This document shows, piece by piece, positions 32,501 through 40,932 of a DNA stretch of 64,000 nucleotides. The stretch comes from an uncultured Verrucomicrobiae bacterium (lineage in GTDB: Bacteria; Verrucomicrobiota; Verrucomicrobiia; Limisphaerales; JAFGQR01), in NCBI GenBank assembly GCA_963788655.1, contig CAWBHS010000075.1, positions 32,001 through 96,000 on the forward strand, written 5' to 3'. Under the pieces are notes generated by a model. It was not told where the DNA came from, ran no database searches, and saw only the letters and a program-made list of their open reading frames with translations. Position 1 is the stretch's first letter; each line of letters opens with the position of its first letter. A program made the position numbers and the translations under genes.

Positions 32501-32569
32501 GATCACCCCAGCAAGCTGGGAATAACGTCGGCAACGGATGGGTTTGGTGATGCTTTCGCGGCAATTCAT
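26590..32569 (-). CDS. Giant (~2000 aa) secreted/surface protein: Ig/IPT, ZU5-like, Gly-rich, Ca-binding DxDGDG and FG-GAP repeats (about 4 frameshifts)
   Basis: Abutting ORF pieces 31979..32698, 30502..32187, 30181..30474, 30027..30278 and 26590..30030; signal peptide; GGRV...ISLPIGAL...LEPDGL...PHFS (ZU5-like); DTDGDG repeats; GDFNNDGLND repeats. Confidence 0.65.
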
Positions 32570-33230
32570 GGAATCAAACAGGTCCACCCGCGAGGAATAT
32601 TGCATTGATTTCATCAGCAGTTGGGATTTGAGCGTTGTCGTTCTTGGTTTTCGATCTTCGGCCTCTGTTTCCGTGAGCGTTTCGAAGTGGTTCATCACCG
32701 AGGTGCGCCACCGTGGTTGAGATCGACGGTGCTACGTTCAACGCCTTAGCTTCCATCCCTGCCCCCATGCCATTGCCGGTCCAGGTGAAAACAGTGGCGG
32801 TGACGGGCGAAGTGGCGCCGCCGAGGAGGGTGATCATCAAGATCAGCGCCCGGCTTGCGCGTTGCAGCGGTTCAACCAATTTGCGATCCACTCGCGGAGT
32901 AGGTGTGTTGGCGTGCTGTTTTATCATATTCCGTTTCGGTCATCGCTTTAAAGGGCCAGCTTTCGCAGTGCCGGGGAACCAGCCCCCCACACTTGATAAA
33001 GAAGATTTCTCGCCGTGCTCTTACAGGGGGACGTGTTTTATCCTTATTGGCTTTTTCGTGAAGTTCTCCAGCGCGTTGCTGTGAGCCGTCAAGGGCATGG
33101 TGATACACCAAATCTGCATGGACGAACACACGGCAGTCATGCGGGACACATTTGATAGTTCGCGTGCCGCTGCCAACGCGCAAGCTGGGCGTGCATTTGT
33201 CGAGCCTTCCCGTTACGATGTCCGCGCGCG

Positions 33231-34781
33231 ATGGCTAACGACGAAACAGTCCAGACCGAACCCAGTTCAACTTCGCTGCGCCCCGTCCAATTGTGGCAGG
33301 CGTTGATCCCGGTCGTTGCGTTGATCTTCATGATTTACTGGAGTGTCGTGAAGTTCGAGACCAGCGCACACCTGGCCCTGATTCTAGCCACCGCCATCGC
33401 GGGCGTGGTCGGCTTCGCAATCGGGTATCCGTGGAAGGTGATGGAGCAGGGCATCATCGAGGGCATCACCATCGGGTTGCAAGCCATCCTGATTCTGCTG
33501 GTGATCGGCATGTTGATTGCCACGTGGATCATCAGCGGCATTGTCCCGCTTCTGATTTATTACGGGTTGCAGTTGTTGAATCCGGCCATCTTCCTGGCCG
33601 CCACCTGCGTGATTTGCAGCATTGTCTCGCTCTCGACCGGCAGTTCCTGGACCACGTCCGGCACGGTGGGCGTAGCGCTGATCGGCGTGGGCCAGGGTTT
33701 GGGCGTGCCCCTGCCCATGGTGGCGGGAGCAATTGTTTCCGGCGCGTATTTTGGCGATAAAATATCACCGCTTTCGGACACCACCAATCTGGCGCCGGCG
33801 GTGGCTGGGGCGGAGTTGTTCGAGCACGTGCGTTACATGCTCTACACCACAATTCCCGCTCTGGTGCTCGCGTTGATTCTCTACGTAATTCTCGGACTCA
33901 ACCTCGGTCATCAGTCGGCGCATGCGGAATCGGTGGAAACCATCTGCGCGACGCTGCGGGAACATTTCAACTTGAATCCGCTGTTGTTGCTGCCGCCGTT
34001 GCTGGTGGTCCTGATGGTGGCGTTGCGCCTGCCCGCTTTGCCGGCGATGCTGGGCGGCGTTTTACTGGGGGCGATCATGGGAATCTGCTTCCAGCAGGCC
34101 ACCCTCGGCCAGCTCGCTCGGGCGGCATTTGACGGCTACGAATCCACCACCCACGTGGCCACGGTGGACAACCTGTTGTCGCGCGGTGGTCTGACCAGCA
34201 TGCTGGAGACGGTGGCGTTGATCCTGTGCGCGCTGAGCTTTGGCGGGATCATGGAACGAACCGGAATGCTGGCCACTTTGGCGGGCGCGGTTTTGCGGCT
34301 GGCGCGCAGTACCGGTTCGTTGGTGGCGGCCACGGTGCTGACCTGCATCGGCATGAACATCCTCGCGCCGGACCAGTATTTGTCGATTGTGGTACCGGGG
34401 CGGATGTACCGTGAAGCCTACCGGCGACAGGGACTTGAACCGCGGTTGTTGTCCCGCACGCTGGAGGATTCCGGGACGCTGAGTTCGCCGCTGGTGGCCT
34501 GGAACACGTGTGGCGCGTTTATGGGAAAAACGCTCGGGGTGCAGTCATTCGCTTTCGCCCCGTACACCTTCCTGAATCTCTTCTGTCCGGTCATCGCCAT
34601 CCTGATTGCGTTCACCGGATGGAAGATTGTGAACAACCGGGCGGTGATGTGGTACCCCTGTTCCAAGTCAGAAACCCGTGTCATCTTGAGCGAAACCAGC
34701 AGGCAGTATTCTCCCGAAACGCCGTTAAGGCCGGGGTCTAATGATCACGGTTCCGCGAGGATCTTGCTGCGTTGCCGATAA
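33231..34781 (+). CDS. nhaC: Na+/H+ antiporter NhaC
   Basis: Polytopic membrane protein with STGSSWTT.GTVG, SGAYFGDKISPLSDTTNLA and SRTLEDSGT..SPLV.WN. The C-terminal ~45 aa overlapping the next gene may be spurious. Confidence 0.9.
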   Translation: MANDETVQTEPSSTSLRPVQLWQALIPVVALIFMIYWSVVKFETSAHLALILATAIAGVVGFAIGYPWKVMEQGIIEGITIGLQAILILLVIGMLIATWIISGIVPLLIYYGLQLLNPAIFLAATCVICSIVSLSTGSSWTTSGTVGVALIGVGQGLGVPLPMVAGAIVSGAYFGDKISPLSDTTNLAPAVAGAELFEHVRYMLYTTIPALVLALILYVILGLNLGHQSAHAESVETICATLREHFNLNPLLLLPPLLVVLMVALRLPALPAMLGGVLLGAIMGICFQQATLGQLARAAFDGYESTTHVATVDNLLSRGGLTSMLETVALILCALSFGGIMERTGMLATLAGAVLRLARSTGSLVAATVLTCIGMNILAPDQYLSIVVPGRMYREAYRRQGLEPRLLSRTLEDSGTLSSPLVAWNTCGAFMGKTLGVQSFAFAPYTFLNLFCPVIAILIAFTGWKIVNNRAVMWYPCSKSETRVILSETSRQYSPETPLRPGSNDHGSARILLRCR

Positions 34782-36859
34782 TACTCGTCGGGCGTCAATT
34801 TGTCGTTTACGTAGTCCTGGGTGAGTCGTTCGAGTCGGTCGTGCTTGCTCGGAGTAAGCGGCGATATTTTTGAATCGGAAGTTTGCGGGGCCGTGTCGTC
34901 GCGGCGCTGGCGTTCCGCTTGGCGCGATTTAATCAATGCTTCCGCTTCGGCTTTCTCGCGTTCTCGCCGGGCCTGGGCTTCGGCGTCGGTGGCGCGCTTG
35001 ATGGCTGGTTCCTCCCGGGCGAGCGCTTCCGATTTCTGCTGCTGGCGAGCCCCCGTTTCCGCCGCGGGTTCCGCTTGGTTTTGCTTTCCTGTTTGTTTTG
35101 GGGCGCTGGCTTCGGCCGGCTTTGGCGGGGCGACATTGGGTGCGGGACTCGCCGTCAAAACTTGATTCAACAGTTCACGGGCGGCTTGTTCCTGTTCCAC
35201 AGTCATCGGCTCAGGCTCTGCCGAGAGTTCAAGCAGTGTCGCTGCGCCAATGGGTGGAGCCGCCGGTGCGGGAGCGGCGACGGTTGATCGGATTGGCGGA
35301 AGTTCAGGTGACTCTGTGTCGGGAGTCAAACGGACTGGCGGTGGTGGGGCTGTAGGAACCGGTAACGATGTTATTTCGGGGGCGGCGGGCGGGACGATGG
35401 GCGGCGGGGGGCTGGCTATCTGGTCTGGCGGCCCGGCTTTGGTTTTGGGGGCGCGTCCGACCGGCTCAGCTTGCGGCGGCGTCTGTTTTGGTTTCCCTTC
35501 CTGCTGGTCCTGACTGAGTTTCAAGTCAACTTTAGGTTCCGCTTCGCGGGATAGCTTCGGCTCAGATTTGGCCGGTGATTGGGGAGACATCTCCGCCAGA
35601 GTCTTCTCCAGCAGAGCGCGGGCTTTCTGCTCCTGCTCCGGGCTCAAGGTGGGTTCTTCCGCGGGCATTTCGGGAAGCGAGGTGGTCGGAGGCGGGGTCA
35701 CATTGGGAAGTGCGGACACCGCCGCCTCCGCCGGCGGGGGCATGGGGGCGGGAATTTCAGTCACGCTTTGCTCCGGGGGCTTGGCGGCAACCGGTTCAGG
35801 TTCGGGTATTGGCCGAGTGGTCGATGGCGGTGGCGCGGGTGGAGTCGGAACAGGTTCCGCCGGTGTTTCAACAATCGTTGGTGGCGTCGCAGGTGCGGGG
35901 GGAGGGGCGGCGGTTGGGGGAGGATTGGTATCGAGATTCACCGGTTTGGGTTCAGGTGCAACGGCGGTGATTGTCGCGGCATTAGTCGGCGGCGGCGGTT
36001 CGGCGGTCGAGTTCTCCGGTAGAGATGGGGATGGCGCTGTTTTCTCGACTAGGGGCGTATGATGCTCCGGCGGCGGCGATGCTTTTTCGGGCAAGCTTGG
36101 AGCTTCCTCCGGCAACACGGGGGTGACCGGCAAGCCTTCAGCCTTGGCGGTGGGCGGCGATTTTGTCGGTACGAGCGCCGGGACCGGGGCTGGCGAGGTG
36201 GCGACAGCCGGAGCGACCACTTTGGGCGTCACGGGCGCCGGCGACTTGCGCGGCGGAGAGGTCACTACTGCGGGAGGGGGCGCCGGCGGCTGGCGAGTCA
36301 ACAGGTGCGCCGCGATGAAACCCAGCGTCGGCGACGGCATATCAATGCGGATCCACTCGCCTTGCGATTCGGCTGCTTTTACTGCGTCACCTTTTTGAAG
36401 GAGACTCACAATGCGGTAATCCACCCCCGGGCCACTGCGCACGTTCAATCGGCTGGCAGTGATCCTTTGCGTGGCCGGATCAAGGTAGCGGGCACTGATC
36501 CAGGCCGGCAAGGTGACCCGGCACCATTGGTTCGGCTCGTTGGGCATCGGGTATTGGCGGGCAATGTCCTCCAGCACCAGCACCCGGTCGCCGCGATTCA
36601 GATGCGTGACCAATTCGCTTTTAATGGTCGGCTGCTTGCGCACGATGACATTGTCACCGTTAACGACCGCCGGTTCGGGCGCGGGGGCGGGCAATCCTAA
36701 GGAAGCGGACGGCCGCAAGGCTTCGTTACCGTCTGTGGGGGGTGCCGACGCCACCGGCGGCGTTGGGGTTTGTGGCGAGGTAATGGAAGTTTGGGCAGGA
36801 AGAGGCTGAAGACCGGTCCCCAACAGGCACCAGATCATCAATGGTGCGAACGTTTTCAT
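34745..36859 (-). CDS. Secreted protein with two SH3b domains, a long Pro-rich linker and a helical C-terminus
   Basis: Signal peptide; VNGDNVIVRKQP and SRLNVRSGPGVDYRIV...GEWIRI (SH3b); Pro/Ala/Thr-rich linker. Confidence 0.75.
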   Translation of the reverse strand: MKTFAPLMIWCLLGTGLQPLPAQTSITSPQTPTPPVASAPPTDGNEALRPSASLGLPAPAPEPAVVNGDNVIVRKQPTIKSELVTHLNRGDRVLVLEDIARQYPMPNEPNQWCRVTLPAWISARYLDPATQRITASRLNVRSGPGVDYRIVSLLQKGDAVKAAESQGEWIRIDMPSPTLGFIAAHLLTRQPPAPPPAVVTSPPRKSPAPVTPKVVAPAVATSPAPVPALVPTKSPPTAKAEGLPVTPVLPEEAPSLPEKASPPPEHHTPLVEKTAPSPSLPENSTAEPPPPTNAATITAVAPEPKPVNLDTNPPPTAAPPPAPATPPTIVETPAEPVPTPPAPPPSTTRPIPEPEPVAAKPPEQSVTEIPAPMPPPAEAAVSALPNVTPPPTTSLPEMPAEEPTLSPEQEQKARALLEKTLAEMSPQSPAKSEPKLSREAEPKVDLKLSQDQQEGKPKQTPPQAEPVGRAPKTKAGPPDQIASPPPPIVPPAAPEITSLPVPTAPPPPVRLTPDTESPELPPIRSTVAAPAPAAPPIGAATLLELSAEPEPMTVEQEQAARELLNQVLTASPAPNVAPPKPAEASAPKQTGKQNQAEPAAETGARQQQKSEALAREEPAIKRATDAEAQARREREKAEAEALIKSRQAERQRRDDTAPQTSDSKISPLTPSKHDRLERLTQDYVNDKLTPDEYYRQRSKILAEP

Positions 36860-37128
36860 ATCTGCTCAATACTCAAATCGCCCGCCGGACGCAACAACGA
36901 AACGCGGTGCCGGGCAGGTCGCGTGTATCCCAAAGGTGTTGGTTGCGTTCCCCCCGCCCGCCGCGTGGGGGGCCCGCGGCCGGCAAGGCGGACATTCGTT
37001 GGCTGCTGGGATGGCCCCACCCGGCAATTGCTCGCATTATTCCGGCCAGGTTTCGGCCGCAGGTGCGATCAATGCCTTGGTAACTTGTTCTTCCTTGATT
37101 ACTCCTCCAGGCTTCGGGCTCCGGCCTG

Positions 37129-37297
37129 AGAGCCTGTTTTATTCGAGCGACGCCAATCTTAGTCCAGAGATGACACGAAGTCCCCGAGTTTTCGCGAATT
37201 CACGGTCATTCGTTTCGTTCGAAAACTCAACCTGTCCGTGTCATGTTCGGGAATTCCATGACTCCAGCCGGATTGATCAGCCTCACAAACAGGCGCT
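37129..37297. mobile_element. MITE-like element with IS5-type terminal inverted repeats
   Basis: AGAGCCTGTTT (37129-37139) versus AAACAGGCGCT (37287-37297), a 10/11 inverted match; no transposase inside. Confidence 0.45.
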
Positions 37298-37329
37298 AGG
37301 GGAACGAACGGCATACCCAGATAACCATT

Positions 37330-37400
37330 TACTGCGGGCCGAAGAACTTGGGTTATCTCTTGAGAAGACCAACCCCACGTTCACCAACTTGTCCGCAGTA
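37330..37400 (+). ncRNA. Y RNA-like non-coding RNA
   Basis: TACTGCGGGC pairs with GTCCGCAGTA. GGGC[C]GA/TTGTCC gives the bulged-C Ro60-binding helix, followed by upper stem GAAC.TGGG/CCCA.GTTC and GGGTTATC. Lies ~155 nt upstream of a Ro60/TROVE N-terminus. Confidence 0.7.
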
Positions 37401-37444
37401 TCAAAACATAATTCGCGCCGGGAGTTGGCGGCGCATTAAACACT

Positions 37445-37533
37445 GTAGCAGCCGACGTGAGTCGGCTCTGACTTATTCTTCGATGATCCAAAGACGATTC
37501 GCTTAGTCAGAACGAACTGACGTTCGCAGCTAC
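37445..37533. repeat. REPIN (GTAG-type REP doublet)
   Basis: GTAGCAGCCGACGTGAGTCGGCTCTGACT...AGTCAGAACGAACTGACGTTCGCAGCTAC inverted arms; related to 41688-41759. Confidence 0.7.
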
Positions 37534-37555
37534 CCACAACGAAATGGAGGCCAAA

Positions 37556-37678
37556 ATGGCAGTCAACTATGCTAAACTCTTCAACCGACGTGTCACCCCG
37601 CAGTCGCAGCCGATTCCGGGCTCGACCCAGGTCCGCAATTCGGCCGGTGGTTACTCGTGGCCAGTCGATGACTGGACC
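37556..37678 (+). pseudogene. Truncated Ro60/TROVE-domain (rsr-like) gene, N-terminal 41 codons only
   Basis: GGAGG SD at 37546. MAVNYAKLFNRRVTPQSQPIPGSTQVRNSAGGYSWPVDDWT matches the recognisable Ro60 N-terminus (Q..NSAGG...VDD), then loses similarity before the expected RL.RFL.LG motif. Confidence 0.75.
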
Positions 37679-37701
37679 GTCTCTGCAGCGAACCACGAGC
37701 T

Positions 37702-39672
37702 TCAATCAATCGACGCCGATTCCGCCACCAACTCGCCCGCCTTGCTGAGCGGCAGAGCCAACACAAAGGAAGCCCCGCCCAACTCGTCACCACCCAGCCG
37801 TAAATCCCCGCCCATGCTACGGCTCAAGCGTCGGCAGAGCGCCAGGCCCAGGCCCACGCCGGGGGCGGTGTGCGCGGCTTGTTGCGCGGATTTGCTGAAG
37901 GGCTTGAACAACCGCCGGGCCGCTGCCGACGAAATGCCTTGGCCATGATCGCGCACCCGTAACAGGGCGAACTTGCCCTGTTCCGGAAGTGCCTCCAGAT
38001 GAATGATTCTGTCGGTGGCCAACGGGGCGGCATATTTACAGGCGTTGTCCACCAAGTTGAACAGGATTTGTTCGACGGCGGCGACATCCACGTGGACGAG
38101 CGTTTCGCGGACGCCAGCACCCACGTCTTCGACCAGGTCCATCCCCGCCTGCTCGGCCCGTTGCGCCAGGCGCGGTTTGACGCGCTGCACCAATTCGCCC
38201 AGCGCGATCCGTTCCACGCGGCGGCGGGCGCTGCCCCGTTCCAGGCGCGCGTAAGCCAGCACATTTTCAACCAGGTGACTGAGGCGATTGGCTTCGAGGC
38301 AGAGCGTATTCAGGTAATGCTTACGTTTGGCGGCATCCGGCACCATGTCGTCCGCCAGCATTTCCGAATACATTTTGAACGTCGTCAGCGGCGTGCGCAA
38401 TTCGTGCGTCACGGCCGAGACGAAGGAGGCGCGGCGTTCGCTGAGGGACAAGGTGCCCCGAAGCAACAACGCCACCGCCAATCCGGCCACCAGCACACAG
38501 ACCCAGGCCAGTAGAAGCGACAATCGCAGAAGCGTCCAGCCCGGCAACGCGGCGCTGGCCACGGGACCGGTGAGCAGCTTTACCGGGAGGGTGGCGAGCA
38601 TGCGAGCGTTGCGTTCGCCGTTGGGTTCCCGCAAGGCTTGGAGCCGGGCGGCAGGAAAAAGGTCTTTGATGGATTCCAAGAGCGCGGTTTGCACGTTGGT
38701 CCAGTTGAGCCAACAGCCTTGGACCACGAAGCTCTTCCCCTGCTGAACCCGACGAGCGAGCACCAACGCATCGCCCAACCACAGCGCCTTGAACACTCCT
38801 TCATTTGAGCTGACGCCGGGCAGGGAAGCCGGAGGTTGCGCGGGAGGTAATTGCGAATTGCCGTTGTTGATCGATAGCCGTTGTTGGGCTTGCTGAAATG
38901 TGTTGGCGCGAAAGTTGAACTCGGCCTGGTTGCGGTACTCCTGAGCCTGCGCCATCTGTGCCGCCGGCTGAGCCATTTGCGCCGGAGCATTGAGCAGCGC
39001 TGGCTGTTGCGCCGTTGGTTGCGTTAGCTGGACAGCCACCTGGACGTTGGTCAATTGCCGCTCGGTTTGCTGGATCAGCAGGTCCCCGTTATCGCCCCGC
39101 GGAGCTGTTGGAACCGTGGAAGAAAAAGTGGGAATGAGTTCCCGGTAGGAAATCGTTGCGGCGACTTGCGGGCGCGCGGCCGGTTCGTCCAGCACCTGGC
39201 GAAAGGCAGCGAGCCGTTGCGTGGCGTTATCAATTTGTTCCCGCGGAACGTAACCGCCTTCCGCCAATTGACGCTGATGGCCTACGGGCGCTTGCGGCGA
39301 GGTTAATCCTCCGCCGGGAGATAACTGGAAATGGAGCAGGATATTGCTGGAGGCATAGCCCAATAGGGGGGAAGGCACCAGCACATCGCCTTGTTTGAGC
39401 TGGGTATAACTCTTGGTGTAGGCCAGGGGCGTATCTTGAAAGGCCTGGTAAGCTATGGCTGGCCGGGCGCTTTCCTCGATGATCAGCGGCGCGAGCCAGG
39501 AGTCCATGCGCCAAAGCGCCAACCGGGCGCGTTCTTCCAGCTCGCCTTGTTGCGCGGCGGCCAATTGCAACCGATCCAATCGCAGCGTGGTGTAGCTCAC
39601 CCAGCCCATCACCCCCAGCAACACCGCGGAACAGAGAGCGAAACCGATCCAAATGTGCGCCGGCCGGTTCAT
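37702..39672 (-). CDS. Sensor histidine kinase
   Basis: Two TM segments; H-box AVTHELRTPL; N-box NLVDNACKYA; VRDHGQG and GVGLGLALC G-boxes. Confidence 0.95.
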   Translation of the reverse strand: MNRPAHIWIGFALCSAVLLGVMGWVSYTTLRLDRLQLAAAQQGELEERARLALWRMDSWLAPLIIEESARPAIAYQAFQDTPLAYTKSYTQLKQGDVLVPSPLLGYASSNILLHFQLSPGGGLTSPQAPVGHQRQLAEGGYVPREQIDNATQRLAAFRQVLDEPAARPQVAATISYRELIPTFSSTVPTAPRGDNGDLLIQQTERQLTNVQVAVQLTQPTAQQPALLNAPAQMAQPAAQMAQAQEYRNQAEFNFRANTFQQAQQRLSINNGNSQLPPAQPPASLPGVSSNEGVFKALWLGDALVLARRVQQGKSFVVQGCWLNWTNVQTALLESIKDLFPAARLQALREPNGERNARMLATLPVKLLTGPVASAALPGWTLLRLSLLLAWVCVLVAGLAVALLLRGTLSLSERRASFVSAVTHELRTPLTTFKMYSEMLADDMVPDAAKRKHYLNTLCLEANRLSHLVENVLAYARLERGSARRRVERIALGELVQRVKPRLAQRAEQAGMDLVEDVGAGVRETLVHVDVAAVEQILFNLVDNACKYAAPLATDRIIHLEALPEQGKFALLRVRDHGQGISSAAARRLFKPFSKSAQQAAHTAPGVGLGLALCRRLSRSMGGDLRLGGDELGGASFVLALPLSKAGELVAESASID

Positions 39673-40487
39673 AACGGTAGGACAGGCGTCCCGCCTGTCC
39701 CGGATCCAGGAGGGACATCCGACGTAGGAAGAACGTTAGTTGGCAACGGAGCGTTCTTGGTGTTTCGAGACAGGCGAGACGCCTGTCCTACGGTGCCCAG
39801 AACGCCTCCGCTACCACAGCCAATCCGAAATGTTCCGGGCTTGAGTTCTGACTTCAGCGGGTTCTCGAGTATGTATCGGGTAAATCGGTGCAGTTGGGTT
39901 TCGTTGCGCACAATGTGGTCAAACGACTCATCCTGCCACAGCTTGCCCTCGTGCTTGAGCAAGGTGTTGATCTGGTGAGCAGTGAATGACTTCCAGGAAT
40001 GCAGCAGCTTCGGAAGCGAAAATCCCATCCCTGGCCGCACCAGACAATGGACATGATTTGGCATGACCACGAAGTGGCCAAGTTGGCAACGTTCACCGTC
40101 AAAATGGCGGAGAGCGCTTTCGACCTGCAACGAAAGTTCGGGCTGGCGTAGCCAGCATTCGCCGTAGCCCGCATCCAACCATTTATGAAAACGCTGCGTA
40201 AACTGTTCATCAAACGTCTTGCGGTCGGCTTCTGAATGCGGCGTAGGATGCGTCCGAAGCCAAACAGCCATTTGCGCTTCCCACTGACGGAGTTTTGCAG
40301 GTGGGATGGAATCACCCAGACGGAAAGTTACAAAGTAAGTGCAACCCGCTTGCTGCCAATGCGGAAGATGCCGGCCATACATTGCAATAGGTGCCAAACG
40401 ATCCAGCGCCCTAAACGGTAGGACAGGCGTCCCGCCTGTCTCGGAGGCAGGAGAGGCGTTCGAGTTATGGGAACCGTGACTTAGCAT
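39669..40487 (-). mobile_element. REP-associated tyrosine transposase (RAYT, Y1/HUH)
   Basis: RHLPHW, TYFVTFRL, VVMPNHVH (HUH), WKSFTA, LWQDESFDHIVR and YILENP; flanked by REP doublets. The start may be 40382. Confidence 0.9.
39677..39791. repeat. REPIN, family GTAGGACAGGCGTCCCGCCTGTC
   Basis: Copies at 39677-39699 and, inverted, 39769-39791. Confidence 0.9.
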
Positions 40488-40603
40488 GGGAGCACTATGG
40501 ATGGTTCAATGGTTGCGGCCGATGTGGCGTTCAAGGATGTCGAAGCGTTGGGTGACAACGGAGCGTTCCGGGACGTTCGGGACAGGCGGGACGCCGGTCC
40601 TAC
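40418..40603. repeat. REPIN, family GTAGGACAGGCGTCCCGCCTGTC
   Basis: Copies at 40418-40440 and, inverted, 40581-40603; a further inverted copy at 40881-40903. Confidence 0.9.
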
Positions 40604-40676
40604 CAGGCCCCTATGGCAACCGTTGCGACCATGCACGAGGCCGTCCGTTGTCGAGGGGTGCGTGGTCCGTCGCGCC

Positions 40677-40812
40677 AGCGTTTGGAGTGCGCCCGGCTTG
40701 CCGGCGCTTTTGGTTGCCACGAGACGGGAAATTTCCTTGCACGCGGTTCCCCTTGTTGCGCACGTCCCATGCCCGCAGAAAGCGGGAGCAAGCTCCCCGC
40801 ACTCCAAACGCT
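40677..40812. repeat. REP doublet, family TTGGAGTGC...GCACTCCAA
   Basis: AGCGTTTGGAGTGCGCCCGGCTTGCCGGCGCTTT...AAAGCGGGAGCAAGCTCCCCGCACTCCAAACGCT. Confidence 0.8.
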
Positions 40813-40932
40813 TCGCGAGCTTCGGGGGGCACAGTCCATCGGCCGGCTCAAAAACGATTGGGTGGTTTTTAGCCATTCGGGACAGGCGGGACGCCTGTCC
40901 TACGGGGCGCACATTCCAATCTCGACGGCCTT

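Noticed and set aside
32574..32927. Short ORF with signal peptide and ATVFTWTGNG (autotransporter-like start)
   Set aside because: It may be a truncated relic but is too short to support a call.
34640..34781. NhaC C-terminal tail overlapping the convergent gene
   Set aside because: It is probably a lost stop or indel; nothing supports a functional overlap.
37012..37040. Sigma-54 (RtcR-type) promoter for the Y RNA/Ro60 locus
   Set aside because: The best GG...GC pair (CGGCAATTGCTCGC) has a 9-nt rather than 10-nt spacing.
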